This document shows positions 38,563-53,295 of a stretch of DNA of 64,000 bases, piece after piece. The position numbers and the translations under genes are program-made. Source of the stretch: Octopus sinensis (lineage: Eukaryota); NCBI RefSeq assembly GCF_006345805.1, contig NC_042998.1, positions 11,346,001-11,410,000 on the forward strand, written 5' to 3'. Positions within the stretch are counted from its first letter, which is position 1. Each line of letters opens with the position of its first letter. Under the pieces are notes generated by a model. It made no database searches. It worked only from the letters and a program-made list of their open reading frames with translations, and was not told the DNA's origin.

Positions 38563-38600
<38 letters not shown>

Positions 38601-38626
38601 ATAGACAGACAGACAGATAGATAGAT

Positions 38627-38676
<50 letters not shown>

Positions 38677-38725
38677 TAGATAGATAGATAGATAGATAGA
38701 TGATAGATAGATAGATGGATAGATA
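38420..38725. repeat. (GATA)n/(GACA)n compound microsatellite
   Basis: Direct inspection. Confidence 0.95.
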
Positions 38726-38955
38726 GACCTACTCATACACACACAGTGACACAAAAACTATTCACATAAATACAAACTTTTATATGCGTGTGTGTGTGCG
38801 AATGTGTATACATTTGTGTACATGTATGTGCTTATGTGCCTTTGTGTATATGTATATATGTGTGTGTGTGTATGTATTTATACATTATATTATATATTTA
38901 CACATGTTTATATGTGTATAAGTATATAAATGGTTTATATTATATTTTATATATA

Positions 38956-38986
<31 letters not shown>

Positions 38987-39072
38987 TATATTACGCACAC
39001 ACACATGCACGCACGTTTTTTGAGCGTGTATATTATATTGTTTTTGGATGAGTGTGTGCATGTATGTATTTA

Positions 39073-39114
<42 letters not shown>

Positions 39115-39390
39115 CGTGCGTATTTGCGTGTGCTTGTATATACACTTTCATACACTGACACTCACACTCGATTGCTATACTTAAAAGTATCTTTATAAAA
39201 TATTTATTGTTCTTTATACTTCTAGTACCGCCCCGTACTTTTTCCCCCCGTTTCGATGTGTTTATATATATTTTGTTTTATATGACTTTGTAGTATAATT
39301 TTTTTTATATTATTTGTCATTTTTTTATTTAACCTTTTCTTATTTATTTTCCTTTCTTATTTTATTATTATTATTTTTTTTTAATCTGAG

Positions 39391-39467
39391 CACCGCCCCA
39401 AACCCCGCCCTCAATTAAAAATGGCATGAATATTAGCTAGCTACTGGCCGAATGACTCTATATAAAG
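39391..39467 (+). promoter_or_regulatory. Candidate Pol II core promoter (two GC boxes plus TATA box)
   Basis: CACCGCCCC (39391-39399), CCCCGCCC (39403-39410) and TATATAAAG (39459-39467), in a unique island within microsatellite DNA. Confidence 0.4.
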
Positions 39468-39874
39468 TTGGTTAGCTTGCAACCGGTGGCCACTTAAGTA
39501 AGCGTCATATACCATACCGCTGACAAGAGACCACGACAGAAGAGAAAAAGAAAACAATTATAAGAAAAGATATTTATCAAGGTATATACATTACACACGC
39601 ATTCTTATTAATACATTTACATACATACGTACATACATACATACATACACACACCCACAGTGAGCGAGAAAGAAACTATAATTATATTATTCTTAACATC
39701 ACATCATCATCATCATCATCATCATCATAATAATAGTACTGGTAATAATAATAAATAATAATATAATAATAATAATAATAATTTGTAAAATTAGTTTTGT
39801 AACAATACAGGAAATACGAAAAAAAAAAAACATTTTATTACTGCTTAACTTCTGAGAAAAACACGTACAAATAT

Positions 39875-39919
<45 letters not shown>

Positions 39920-39940
39920 TATATATATATATACATATAC

Positions 39941-39974
<34 letters not shown>

Positions 39975-40354
39975 ATATACATATACATATATATATATAT
40001 ACATATATATATATACACACACAGACATAGGAATATGAAAAGTACTAATATGTATTTATACACTTACAATCAGTCAATCATATACACATATACACATACA
40101 TATATTAAACACTACGCCTGCTCAGGATCAATAGTTTGTAAGTAAAATAGCTAATATATTTTAAGTTGCATTTAGCTGCGTCTTAAATATAGTTTCTTTT
40201 TCTCTTTCTTTCTCTTTATTTCTTTTTCTTGCGTACTTTGTATTCACGTCTACATATATATATATATATGTGAATCTACCTACCTATCTACATACGTATA
40301 CGTGTATTCCGTTATATATATATGTAATCCTATATATATATATATATATATCTA

Positions 40355-40440
<86 letters not shown>

Positions 40441-40615
40441 TATATATATATATATATATAGATAGATATATAGATATTTGATACACACACATACGCACGC
40501 ACACATGTATCTGTGTCACAGAGAGCATTATTTTTATTCACACCACATTACTTTAACAATTTTTATAACAAGTTTCTCAACCAATTTTTCTTTATATTAC
40601 TATTATTATTATTAC

Positions 40616-40653
<38 letters not shown>

Positions 40654-40980
40654 TATTATTATTATTATTATCATCATCATCATCATTATCATTATTATTA
40701 GTAGTAGTATTCAGTTGTCATAGTCATGTTCCTTGCTATGTACTTTCACTGCCCTACCTAGCGCAGATGCGAACCTGTGAAGTGTTTATTTTGAGTGTGT
40801 GTTTTTTTTTTTTTATTGTATTTTCAGTCCTCTACATATGTGTGTGTAAATACTTAGCAGAGCTATTTCTTCAATGTTATACATTTATCTAAGACCTAAG
40901 GGATTTTGCTTACGTTTGTCTAACTCATCCGTTTGTTAATTGTTCCTAAGCACCTTTTTTCCTTGCAGGGATTTGTTTCT

Positions 40981-41080
40981 NNNNNNNNNNNNNNNNNNNN
41001 NNNNNNNNNNNNNNNNNNNNNNNNNNNNNNNNNNNNNNNNNNNNNNNNNNNNNNNNNNNNNNNNNNNNNNNNNNNNNNNN
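40981..41080. other. Assembly gap (100 N)
   Basis: Run of exactly 100 N. Confidence 1.
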
Positions 41081-41145
41081 ATGTGTCTTTACCTTAGTCT
41101 GCTATTTCTAGCAGGCTTGTGCTAAGCGGTTACACCACATTCTTT

Positions 41146-41224
<79 letters not shown>

Positions 41225-42365
41225 CATACACACATACACACACACACACCACATATGCATACATAATGCATCCACACACATGTATACACTCACGCAGGAA
41301 CACTAACAACAGAAAAAGAAAGCCGCTCACGTGTTCTTCAATTTCTCACTTTTCATTTACACTATAAACTACTTACGGTCGGGTGGGTGAACAAAATCAT
41401 CCAAAATAAAATACTGATTCCTTTTGAATAATGAATGCACGAGTTCAATAATTGTAATCAAAAACTCTTTTCACTTTAAATGTTTATTATTCACAATATA
41501 CCTTACAGTTTCTGACAGTTTTATATATTCATTTTGTCGTTTTATTTTTGCTTCTCAATTTACTTGTACTTATGTGTCTATACACTCTCAAACAGACACA
41601 CAGAGCATATACATACAAACATACATACATGTGTATATATATATATATATAATCAATATTGCACTGGCAAACTAAGTTATTGCATATATGTTTGTATGTA
41701 TGTATTCACGTGTGTATGTGTGTTTGTTTGGTGTTATTAATTAATACCGTTCTTACATCGGCATCTAATGATTCTTTCTTAACGTGAACAAGGAAAAATG
41801 TTAGGTGTGTGTGTGTGTGTGTGTGTATGTGTGTACGTGTGCGTTCTTGTATGTGTGTGTGTGTATTTCAGCTCTGGTCATGTGTTTTTAACTGTTCAAA
41901 ATTTCTTTCTTTCTTTCTTGTTTTCTTTCTCTCTTTCTTTTTTTCTTTATTTATTTATTATATATATATTTGCCTGTATGTATATGTATGTATGTGTATA
42001 GATGCATGTAAGCATGTGTGTGTGTGTCTAGTATTCCATGTCATGCATATATTTTATATATTATATTTTATATATCGATACTTTATATATACATCGAATA
42101 TATAATATGCATATGTATAATTATATATATATATATATAAAACGTATATATAATATATTAAAGTATACGGGTATATATTATATATGTTGTATATAGATGT
42201 TATATATATATTTATATTATATATTATGTCATATATGAACATTTATATACATCTATTATGATCGATAAATATATATATATGTATTACATACATATATATA
42301 CTCATGTTTCATATATTTATTATATTTTATATATCTATTTATAGATAGATAGATAGAGATAGATT

Positions 42366-42404
<39 letters not shown>

Positions 42405-43009
42405 CGGTAGTTAGATAGATATACACACAGACACACGTGAATACATACGTATACATAAGAAAATTGAAAATGTGCATGCATGTGCAAATGTGTGCATGCG
42501 TATTCCCATATCTACATGTGTGGAGATATGCGTGCATGTATATGTATATGTGTGTGTGTGTGTGTGTGTATACATAACCTAAATTTTAAATGATTCTCTC
42601 AACACCACTCACCAACCTCGAAGAAAATCCCTCCGTCTTGTTTCTCTCATACTTTTTCTTCCCCACCCTGTTTAAGCTTAACCCTGCTAAATTCCAAAAA
42701 CCAACGGGTATCATCCACTTTTAAAAGAGGGTGGTTAATTTCTCCACTCTCCCCTTAATGATTAGAGATTTTTTTTTTCATTAGCCACAAAAATTAACTA
42801 GAATGAGACATTCGTCTTTGGGTACAAATAAGACGACAATAAAATAATAATTAAAATACTTTTCCTCACTTTGCCATTGACACTAAATGCTTTCCTATTA
42901 AGAGAACAAAACAACAGTTTCAACAGGGTGAAAGAGATTATGACTGTCTGTCTGTGATATTGATGTACCCTTCCCAAGGGCATACTTTACTTTACGCCAG
43001 AATCTGCAT

Positions 43010-43090
43010 TAAGATGATGATGATGATGATGACGACGACGACGACGATTACGATGATGACGATGATTACGATGATGATGATGATGATTAC

Positions 43091-43144
<54 letters not shown>

Positions 43145-43247
43145 GATGGTTGAGGTGATAATGACGGCGACACAAAATAACGAAAACATAAGAAAACACA
43201 ATAACAATAATAATAATTACAGCAGCAACAAAAGTAATAAATATATA

Positions 43248-43281
<34 letters not shown>

Positions 43282-43391
43282 TTAATAATGATAATAATAA
43301 CAACAATGATACTAATGATAACAATCCCTCTCATTTATGTTCCTGTGGCTAATAAAAGAAATCTTTATTATTATTATCATTATTATTATTA

Positions 43392-43424
<33 letters not shown>

Positions 43425-43447
43425 TAGTCGTCGTCGTCGTCGTCGTC

Positions 43448-43498
<51 letters not shown>

Positions 43499-43500
43499 TA
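43010..43500. repeat. Compound trinucleotide tract (GAT/GAC, AAT, ATT, GTC, GTA)
   Basis: Direct inspection. Confidence 0.95.
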
Positions 43501-43826
43501 AAAATAGTCATGGGATAAGTAATCCATAATCGATTTTTTTTCGTCTCTTTTGTTTATATATTTCACGTCGATCATCCGTATTTTAGCTGGTCTTTTACAT
43601 CTGTTTATAAAAAAATATCACTTTACACTACGTCGATCACATCAGCTGTGTGGAGTGCTTAATAGATATCATGTGATAAAACCGATTCCAGCACGCAGAA
43701 GAATTTGTATCGAATTGAAAAGTTCCGAACAGATGCACTTTCCTGTTATATGTGTTTGTGTGTGTGTGTATAAATGTATATATATATTGTTATATTTTGG
43801 AATGGTCATATTGCCAGTTTAGCCAA

Positions 43827-43862
<36 letters not shown>

Positions 43863-43963
43863 TGTATATATGTATGTATGTATGTATATGTGTATATTTA
43901 CATACAAGTATATATGTAATATATATATATATTAATATATATATATATATATATTAATAAAAG

Positions 43964-43998
<35 letters not shown>

Positions 43999-44735
43999 CA
44001 TATGTATACAGATAGATAGATAGATAGATAGATAGATTGATTGATTGATAGATAGATAGATAGATAGATAGTTAGATATGTGTGTGAGTGTGTGTTTGCA
44101 CATATATATAAATGTATACACACACATACACATACGGTTGCATTATACGTGCGTGGTTCTCTGTATGTAAATATAAGTATACCTACATAGATATACATAC
44201 ATGTACACACATACACATGCTCCCTCTCTCTCTCTCTCTCTATCTATCTACCTATCTCTTCTCCTTCTCTCTCTCTACACACACACACATACATACATAG
44301 TTTGTGTACATGTTTACACATGCATGCTTCGGCATATTGTACACATAGATATATAGGATATATATATATATATGATATATATATATATATATAATTATAT
44401 ATAAGTATATATATATTATACACATACATGCATACATACATACATACATACATACTTACATACACACATACACGGACAAACACACCTTTAAATAGTTATA
44501 CATACATGTATGTGTGTGTGTGTGCGTATTTAACTAAGTATATATACATGCTGAATTTCAGCATATGCATAAAACTATACAATTTATTCCATATACATAC
44601 ACACCTACATCAACATACATATATGTACATGAGTAAATGTGTATCTGTACACACACACACACATACATATATATATATTACATATGTACATATATATATA
44701 TATGCATGCCAACAGATGTTTATATATTAGAGAGA

Positions 44736-44781
<46 letters not shown>

Positions 44782-45349
44782 CATATACATATATAATTGC
44801 ATACATATACATACATAGGTTTAAAGTTTCGATCGCCGTTCATCACATCACTGATTAACGTGTTGTCCTCCAGTTAAGAATTGTTGTTTGTTGTTGGTTC
44901 TAGTTGTGAAGTTGTTATTGATGTTGGTGTTGTTAATGTTGATGCCGTTTTTTGTCAGCTGTGGTGGGGCGGTAGTATCAGTAGTAGTAATAGTACAGAC
45001 AGACAGACTTAAAACATTTCAGCTGTTTAGCAACTTATCTGTTTTTTATCATTATTATTATTATTTCGTTCGTGGGGTATATAATATTGAATGTTACCCA
45101 CTCCTATGCTTTTTTTTTTTTTTTGGTTTTTAACAACAAACAGGGTGTGATATTAGATAGATTTGGCTGCTATTTCCAACTGTTTGAGCCACTTCGAAAA
45201 GGTTCCATCGTTGTTGATAATGCTTCTCTCAATAGCACTGTTTTGTATTGAGAACGAAAAGTGTTCGTGCCGGCTGTTCAATGCCTATGGTATTTTCAAC
45301 TGCCGGGTGGTTTTCGTGCCACGAACACCTTAGCTTCATCGTAGATATT

Positions 45350-46570
45350 ATCATCATCATCATCATCATCTTCAACGTCATTATATGATTGCTATTATTC
45401 TTGTTCTTGTTGAAGTTGCTGTTTTACTGACTGGTGTTGATGATGGTGAGGTTGGTACATGCTGATGGCGGTAGTAGAGATGGTGGGAACGATAGTTATG
45501 TGATTGTAATAGTTGTAGTGACATCGTGGCGATGGTGGTAGTGGTGGTTGTGGTGGTGGTAGTACAGAGATGGCGGTAATGATGCTTGTTGGTGATGAAG
45601 GTGGTTGCTGTGATGCTGATATTTGCGTAGGTACTGATGGTTATAGTGGTTGTAAAGTGATGGTTATAATAGTGATAGCTACCAATGTAGTGTTGGTGGT
45701 GGTGGCGATAGCATAAATGAATGATGATGTGGTGGTGTCAGTTACGGTGCAAGAGGTGGTGGTGTTGTAGTTGGTGCTGGTGTTTGTGATGATGGGGGGA
45801 TATGAAGGATGTGAAACTGGTAAGTATGAATGTGGTGATGGTGTTGTTGATGGTGGCGGTGCTGGCTTTGATTGTAGTGGCAACGGTGGTGTGGATGCAG
45901 CATGATAGAGACAGTTGCGGTGCCAGTGGTTAAGATGGTAACATGCAAGTGGTGGCGGCGGCCCTAGTGTCGCTGAGGGTTGTGAAAGTGATGATGGTGA
46001 TGACAGCATAGTGTTTGTAGCAAGGGAAAGGGATCGATTGCAGCCAAACCCAATGTATGATGAACTGGATATGATGCGATCCGGTTTCGATTTCCAGGTG
46101 ACAGGCATTTATCTTACCTTGACATCTGTAACACTTAAAACAAAAAAAAAGGTAAGGACATCATGCAACTTTCCTGATACTGGGGCACTCGTAAAACTCT
46201 ATCAAACCTTCTCACCGTCACCAAAATTATTATTTTTTTATTATTATTATTGTTGTTGTTAGTTTTGTTATTGTCAGGAAAATATGCACATAAATTTATC
46301 TTTATGTGTATACTAAAGAAGAAATGTCTAATCGCTATCATCGACATCATCACCATTATCAAGCTTCCTGATGATGATATTAATGATGATGGTAGTTGTG
46401 GAGGTAGTGATGATGATGAGGATAGTAGTGACGTTCTGATGGCGGTGGTTGGTTGATATGATGATGGTGGTGGTAGGGTGGAGGTGGTGGTGTCGTGGTG
46501 GTGGTGGTGGTAATGATGATGGCAATAATGATGACAGTGATGGCGATGATGATGATGATCATCATCATTG
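45350..46570. repeat. G/T-rich low-complexity tract (GGT/GAT/TGG) with a unique island at 46020-46200
   Basis: Direct inspection. Confidence 0.85.
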
Positions 46571-46740
46571 AAATATATCCAATATCGGTGTACTTTTACA
46601 AAGCTTTTATTTATCAGAATTTTTCGTTTTTTTTTTAATTAATTACTTTAATTTTAGTTATAATTGCATTGTCGAGTGTGAGTGGGTTAAAAATCTATAG
46701 CTTGCTTATTTGTTCATATGTGCATGCTTGTTTGCATGCA

Positions 46741-46789
<49 letters not shown>

Positions 46790-47283
46790 ATGACTTTGTG
46801 TGTGTGTGTGCGTGTGTGCGTGCGTGCGGATGCATGTGTTTGCAATGATGATAATGATAAAAATGATGACGATGATGATGATTGTGCTAGCAGTGACGGT
46901 GATTATAGTCGTGGAAATAAACTAATAGCAATCAGATAATAGATAATAAGAATAAGAATAAGGCGTCTTAAGAAAATCGCGTGATTAAAACCAGAAGGTA
47001 GCACGTGATACTTGCCGGTCTTCGACCAATAATTTATGAAGTCATTCATAGATTTCTCTGCAAGAACCATTCCTGTGTATATATATACATATATATATTT
47101 TCACAGTTTTCACCGGCTCTCGTAGTAGTGGGCGTAGTTGTTTTAATTATATGGACTGGATCTGGTGGGGAATATTATAGAAACCGGTATAATTTCTAAT
47201 ATTTTTAGTATATCATGTGTGTACGTGTGTTTGCATGCATATGTATATATGCATATAGATAGACAGACAGACTGATAGATATG

Positions 47284-47357
<74 letters not shown>

Positions 47358-47954
47358 ATGCATGTATGTATGTATGCATATATACGGTTCATGTACATAT
47401 GTATACATATATATATATACACACACACACAAACACGCACACATGTATCGTACGTACACACATAGACACCCACATATACTGACACACGCTTGCATACACA
47501 GACATACGCACACACACATATACAAACATATACGCACATCAACACAAAATTACTGTGTACACCAAACATAAATAACAACACAAAACATGACTTTTAGTAT
47601 GCATATGCACGCATGTAGTATTTAAATCGACATATTTTTCGTACGTAGATGAAATATGTTATCGAGTAAGTGTTTCTTTAAAAAACAGAACGATATACAT
47701 ATACAAAACACTGATATGTATCTGATCAGCTGATTGGCGATAGTGCACAGAAGACACATAATTACGTTCGAAAGAGAATACAGATCTTGTGATCTTATAT
47801 TCTTTTTCGACCGAGAATCGAAACTGATCTGAAAATTACACGGCTCTGGCCTGCTTATTTCTTGCACATCACATGAAATAATGTTTGGTTAAAAATGACA
47901 CAAGGTCATACATATATTTGCAAGTATGGCATTTTTTAGTTCACTGAACTGACC

Positions 47955-48100
47955 TCGTGTAAATGACTGGTACTTATTTTATCAACCCTTGGAAGGATGG
48001 AAAAACCAAAACCGTCTTGAGTTAGATTTGAACTTTAAATGTATATAGACTTTATAAACTAAACGCTAGCGCATTTCTCCTGGAGCTCAACCAGTTCTGT
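47955..48100 (-). mobile_element. SINE family B, decayed
   Basis: ACTGGTACTTATTTTATCAACCC..GGAAGGATG...TTTGAACT; reverse complement of the B core. Confidence 0.6.
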
Positions 48101-49220
48101 CATACATTACTTTAACTGTTATGTTGTTCATGTTTTTGCTTCTCCTCTCACCTAAACATTTCATCTCTGACCTTCTTAGCTTTTTGTATATCTAAGATCA
48201 CATTGTCACTTTTTAAGACGACTTTTAAAGACGATAGTGGTGGCAGAGTGTAGTCTGAGGAAGATTTGGCTGTTATTTCTAGCAGGCTGAGTAACTGCGT
48301 AGAGAATACCTTCACTTGTAGATGTGCCTAGCTAGCTTTCTTTGAGTAAGGTACTAGGACCGTGGATGTTTTAAAAGAAGCGGAGAGTTACGTTGTGGTG
48401 CTGATGCATTTCTAAAACATTATCGATGCATTCAGAAAGGGCGGTGGAAACGACCTCCAATAAATATTGGAACCGATTCTTGGATTCGGCTTGCCTGGTG
48501 GTGAGAAGGTGACAGTCTCTTGCACTTATATTAAAACAATACATTACTTGTAATGATGAGTTAGTGACGAAGCATCGACGCAGTAAGCCTGCTGGTTTAC
48601 ACTAGCATAGATACATAATGTAAAAGGCCACGGTTGGAATGCCTTAGACTAGGTCTGCTCCATTAAAGCTGACCTGGAAAAGATCAAGAGTAAAAACAAA
48701 CAAAAAAAACTTCTTTAGACTAGACACAAGTACGGAAACTTATATATATGTAGAGAAAGAAAAAACGAGGTGTTGTGACCTACATGACATTCCCAGTGGT
48801 ATAGGTGTGCAGTAAGCGAAATAAAATCAATAAATTCGGCCAATAATCAATATTCCGCTTAGCCCAGAATCAGCTCATCAGCTGCTTTGACACACACACA
48901 CACACATACACACACACACATACACATTTTACTTAGGTGATATTGAAACAGGGCGGATTAAAAGTTCTAATAAATAATTTACTAATTTACATACACACGC
49001 CCACCTATATATACATACATTTATGAAATTTATGCTTATCTCACTACACACGCGCATATACACACACGCATACAAACAAACGCATACACACAAACGCATA
49101 CACACACACGCATACACACACACGCATACACACACACGCATACACACACATAAGAAAGAGGGGAGAAAGAAAAAGAAAGAAAGATAGGTTAATAGGTAGA
49201 TAGACAGACAGACACACATC

Positions 49221-49304
<84 letters not shown>

Positions 49305-50680
49305 TCATAGTTAAAATCAGCTACAATATTATATAACAGAACTGTGTTGGCAATTGTTGGGTATCAATCTCAGTATACATATGCCTGCTCCCCTAGAACT
49401 TTCTTTGGCCAGATTCTTTCCCTCGGTATGGTGGTCAGGGTCGGCCCTATTCTTGTTCACGTCCCAAAATAAACAGAAATTTGGCTATCTTGCAATTTTT
49501 TGTTCACTTGTTTTTTACTAAGAGGGGCAGCTGCAAAAACGTAATATGCGTTTATTACAGTATACAAATTCAAAAGGATCAGTGAAATGTAGCATCAACG
49601 TTTTAAATCCTTTCATTAATATATCAGAGATACATAGACAGAAACAGACAGACAGAGACAGTGTCTATATTGCTGGCAATGATCTCAACTCATTTTTTGT
49701 TACAAAGGATAAGGCGGAAAATGAGTGGGTAAGAGAAAGTTCTTATGTCCCACCTGAGAAAGCCAATCATCAGCTCCTACTCCCACATATGCAATATTTC
49801 AAAATAAGTTTAACTTCACTCAAAGAATTGTACCCTTTCGTTGACCCTGCTGGTGGGTATGGCAAGATACTATAGGGTAGGCATGAATGAAAGGATTTCA
49901 GGCAGAAATTTCTTCTTTGGTTAATCCTAGAAATATTGCTCAGATTCTAGTTTAAGATAGCTGAAATTGAGGGCACAGAATAAAGTACTACCTTTCAATA
50001 AATGGGCAGAAACGTAGATGACAGTGGCAAAATCTGGCCTGAATAAATGTTTCTAGTTTCAACATACACATTGTAATCCGGAGAACACATGGAGGAGAGC
50101 TCACTTAGTTTTGGTGATGTAATCCTTGATCTATTGGGTTGGTTGATTGGCTTTTGGTAGCAAACATCTTATTGGGGCATTTCCTTTTATGTCTCTCTAT
50201 ATGTTTGCCAATCGATTCTGAGTAAGTCACTCAAAATTTTTGTCATGCAATATGTCCTTGCAATGTTCTCATTATCAGTCTTTCTTTAAGAAATCATATA
50301 TGTAACTACACTGATATCATACTACTGCTTGCTGAAATGACAATATAAATATATATATGTATATTATAATATATATATAATATATATATATATTATGTAT
50401 ATATTATATATATATATATATATCTATATATATATCTATATATATATATATATATATTATATATTATATTATATATATACGTGTGTGTGTGTGTGTGTTA
50501 TATATAGTGAGAACTTACAAAAAGTTAAGACGAAGACTAGTGTAAACAACAAACAGAATTATTAACGCTCGAGAAGTGAGAAAGTCTTTTACGTTTCGAG
50601 CCTAGGCTCTTCGACTGAAAAGAACACGGAAATAAACAGGGAGAGAAAATAAAAAGGTTTAGTGGCTAGCGATCTATCTG

Positions 50681-50761
<81 letters not shown>

Positions 50762-50890
50762 ATTATCTATGTATTCTATATATTGTATATATATATATAT
50801 ATATAACATTATATATATTATATATGTGTATATTATATATATATTGTATATATATATATATATTATATATATATTATATATATATATAAT

Positions 50891-50936
<46 letters not shown>

Positions 50937-50994
50937 GTATATATTATATATACACATATATACATTATATGTATATTATATATATATATATATA

Positions 50995-52339
50995 TTTGCT
51001 ATACCCAATCTATGAAGGAGGGAGAATAGCAGATGCCAAAAACTATAGGCCTACCTCTGTGACTTCACACATCAGCAAAGTCATGGAACGGATATTCAGA
51101 GGGTGACTAATCGCATTCCTTGGAGAAAACGACTTGCTGGGTAGTACCCAGCAGGGATTTCGACCATGTAGGATCTGCTTAACCCAGCTCTTACACCACT
51201 ATGATTGGGTGTTGAGGCAGTTACTCAGCAACGCAAATGTGGATGTGATATACCCTGACTTTGCAAAAGCTTTTGATAAAGTTGATCATGGTATGATATT
51301 CCACAAACTGCGTGATTTCGGCATAGCTGGAAAACTTGGTGAGTGCTTGTATGACTTTCTGAAAGATAGAAGTCAGGCAGTAGTGGGCGATGGAGCCACC
51401 TCAATGAAAACACAAATAGTGAGCGATGTTACACAAGGCTCTGTCTTGGGACTACTGCTTTTTATCCTGGCCCTCTGAGATATGCTCTCAGCTGCCCGGA
51501 GAGCCACTCTTGCTAGCTACGCGGACGATACGAAAGTCTCGCAGAAAATACAGAACCCCAGCGATGTTGCACACCTGTAGCAGCAGTTGGACTCAATTTA
51601 CATATGGACTGAGGATAATAATATGCAGTTCAATGCTGTAAAATTCAAAGCCCTGTACTACCAGCGTCCAAAACTGAATATAAAACTTACAGTGTATACT
51701 GGCCACAGGGGATTACAATCCTAGAGCCTAAATCAGTGAGGGACATGGGTATCGACATGAATGATAATACCTCTTTCCAAGTGCACATTACCAGGATGAC
51801 GTCGAAGTGCAGACGACTGGCTGGATGGATCCTGAGAACTTTCAGACCCAGAGAGAAGGAAACCATGAAGGTCCGCCTGGGTTACTACTCCCAGCTATGG
51901 TCACCCAACAGAGTCAAATTAACAGCGGACCTTGAAGCAATTCAGCGAAGCTTCACAAACAAGATCGCCTCATTGCAACAGCTCAGCTACTGGGAAAGGC
52001 TAAAACAGCTACTCTACTCCCTGGAGCGAAGGCGGAAGAGGTATGTAGCAATATGCATCTGGGAGATCCTGGAAGCAATTGTACCAAAGTTTGGCATTGA
52101 AAGTTACACAGATGTCAGAACGTGTTGACACTACACAGTGCCAAAGATCCTAGCAATGCCAGCGCACTTCAGGACCAGTTACTGCAACAGCTGGGGTTTC
52201 AAGGGTCCACAGCTTTTTAATATTCTCTCAAAGAGCCTGAGGACCTACACAAAGTGGAAATAGGTGTTTTCAAACCAAGCTGAACCTCTTCCTGTCAAGA
52301 GTCCCAGATGAACTTACCTCGCGGCAAGAGGTGCAAATG

Positions 52340-52345
<6 letters not shown>
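50995..52345 (+). mobile_element. CR1-clade LINE, second 5'-truncated copy
   Basis: IYEGGRIADAKNYRPTSVTSHISKVMER, QQGFRP, DVIYPDFAKAFDKVDH, QGSVLG.LLF and SYADDTK. The 3' region is homologous to ~26300-26790 and ends in (TG)n. Confidence 0.93.
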
Positions 52346-52382
<37 letters not shown>

Positions 52383-53058
52383 GGCCGGGACAATGCGAGA
52401 ATGTACAAGTTAACTACTAAGTTAACTACAAAGGGAGAAGAAAAGACAAAATAGCAGTTTTTCCAAATGTCCTGAAGAAGGTTTCCAAAATATAGAAATG
52501 CAAAGTGAAGCTGCAATTTTGTTGCTTTGTTTTTCTTTTCTTTTTGTAGCTTACTTTGTTCCTTCTCGCATTTTTTCGGTCTTACACAACAACCTTCTTT
52601 TATATATATATATGTATGTATGTATGTGCGTATATATATATATGTATATATATATATACATATATATATATACTGAAAGGGAGAAAGAGAGCGAGAGAGA
52701 GAGCGCCGATAAACATAAAAAATATATAGATTTATATATATAATAGATACAAAACATGTGTTAGTACACACGCACGCACACACATACATGCATAAATACA
52801 TACACACAGGCATGCACACACATATCCCACAGCTCATTAGCTACATCTCTGCGTGTGTATGTGTGTTTATGTGTGTGTTTGTGTGCGTGTGTTCGTGCCT
52901 CCATATTTAAAACATTTGTGTTGATGATGAGACGATGATGAAGATCATAATAATGATAATGACGGATAAAGAGGAGCTGAAGGAAGAAGAAGGAGAGGAG
53001 GAAGAGGGTGGTGGTCGTTGTAGTGATAAAAGTATGATATTTCTGGCATATCCTAGAC

Positions 53059-53295
53059 CAGTGGTTCTAAATCGGGTCCACACGGCCCTTAGTGTCCATA
53101 CAAATTTATATGCAATAAAATTGGTTATGCTTCTACAATACACCGAATGTACAAAATTTTGTTAATGCAATTTCGTTATAATATCTATTTTTAAAAAATC
53201 TAATAGTACTTTGTAAATACTGAATGGCTATGAGGGTCCACCTGAGTAAAATTAATTGAAGGGGTCCATAAGTAAAAGATGTTTGAGAAACAATG
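53059..53295. mobile_element. hAT (Charlie-like) MITE, 237 bp
   Basis: TIRs CAGTGGTTCTAAA / TTTGAGAAACAATG; 8-bp TSD TCCTAGAC (53051-53058) and TTCTAGAC (53296-53303), matching the Charlie-type NTCTAGAN target. Confidence 0.85.

Noticed and set aside
48255-48300. Short recurring motif ATTTGGCTG(C/T)TATTTCTAGCAGG (also ~41095, ~45160, ~55200, ~55800 and ~60655)
   Set aside because: Most likely extreme 3' stubs of an abundant retroposon; too short to classify or treat as a regulatory element.
49340-50340. ORF 49546-49875 and a weak LINE-RT-like fragment on the minus strand near 50150-50300
   Set aside because: No diagnostic motif; it cannot be assigned without a homology search.
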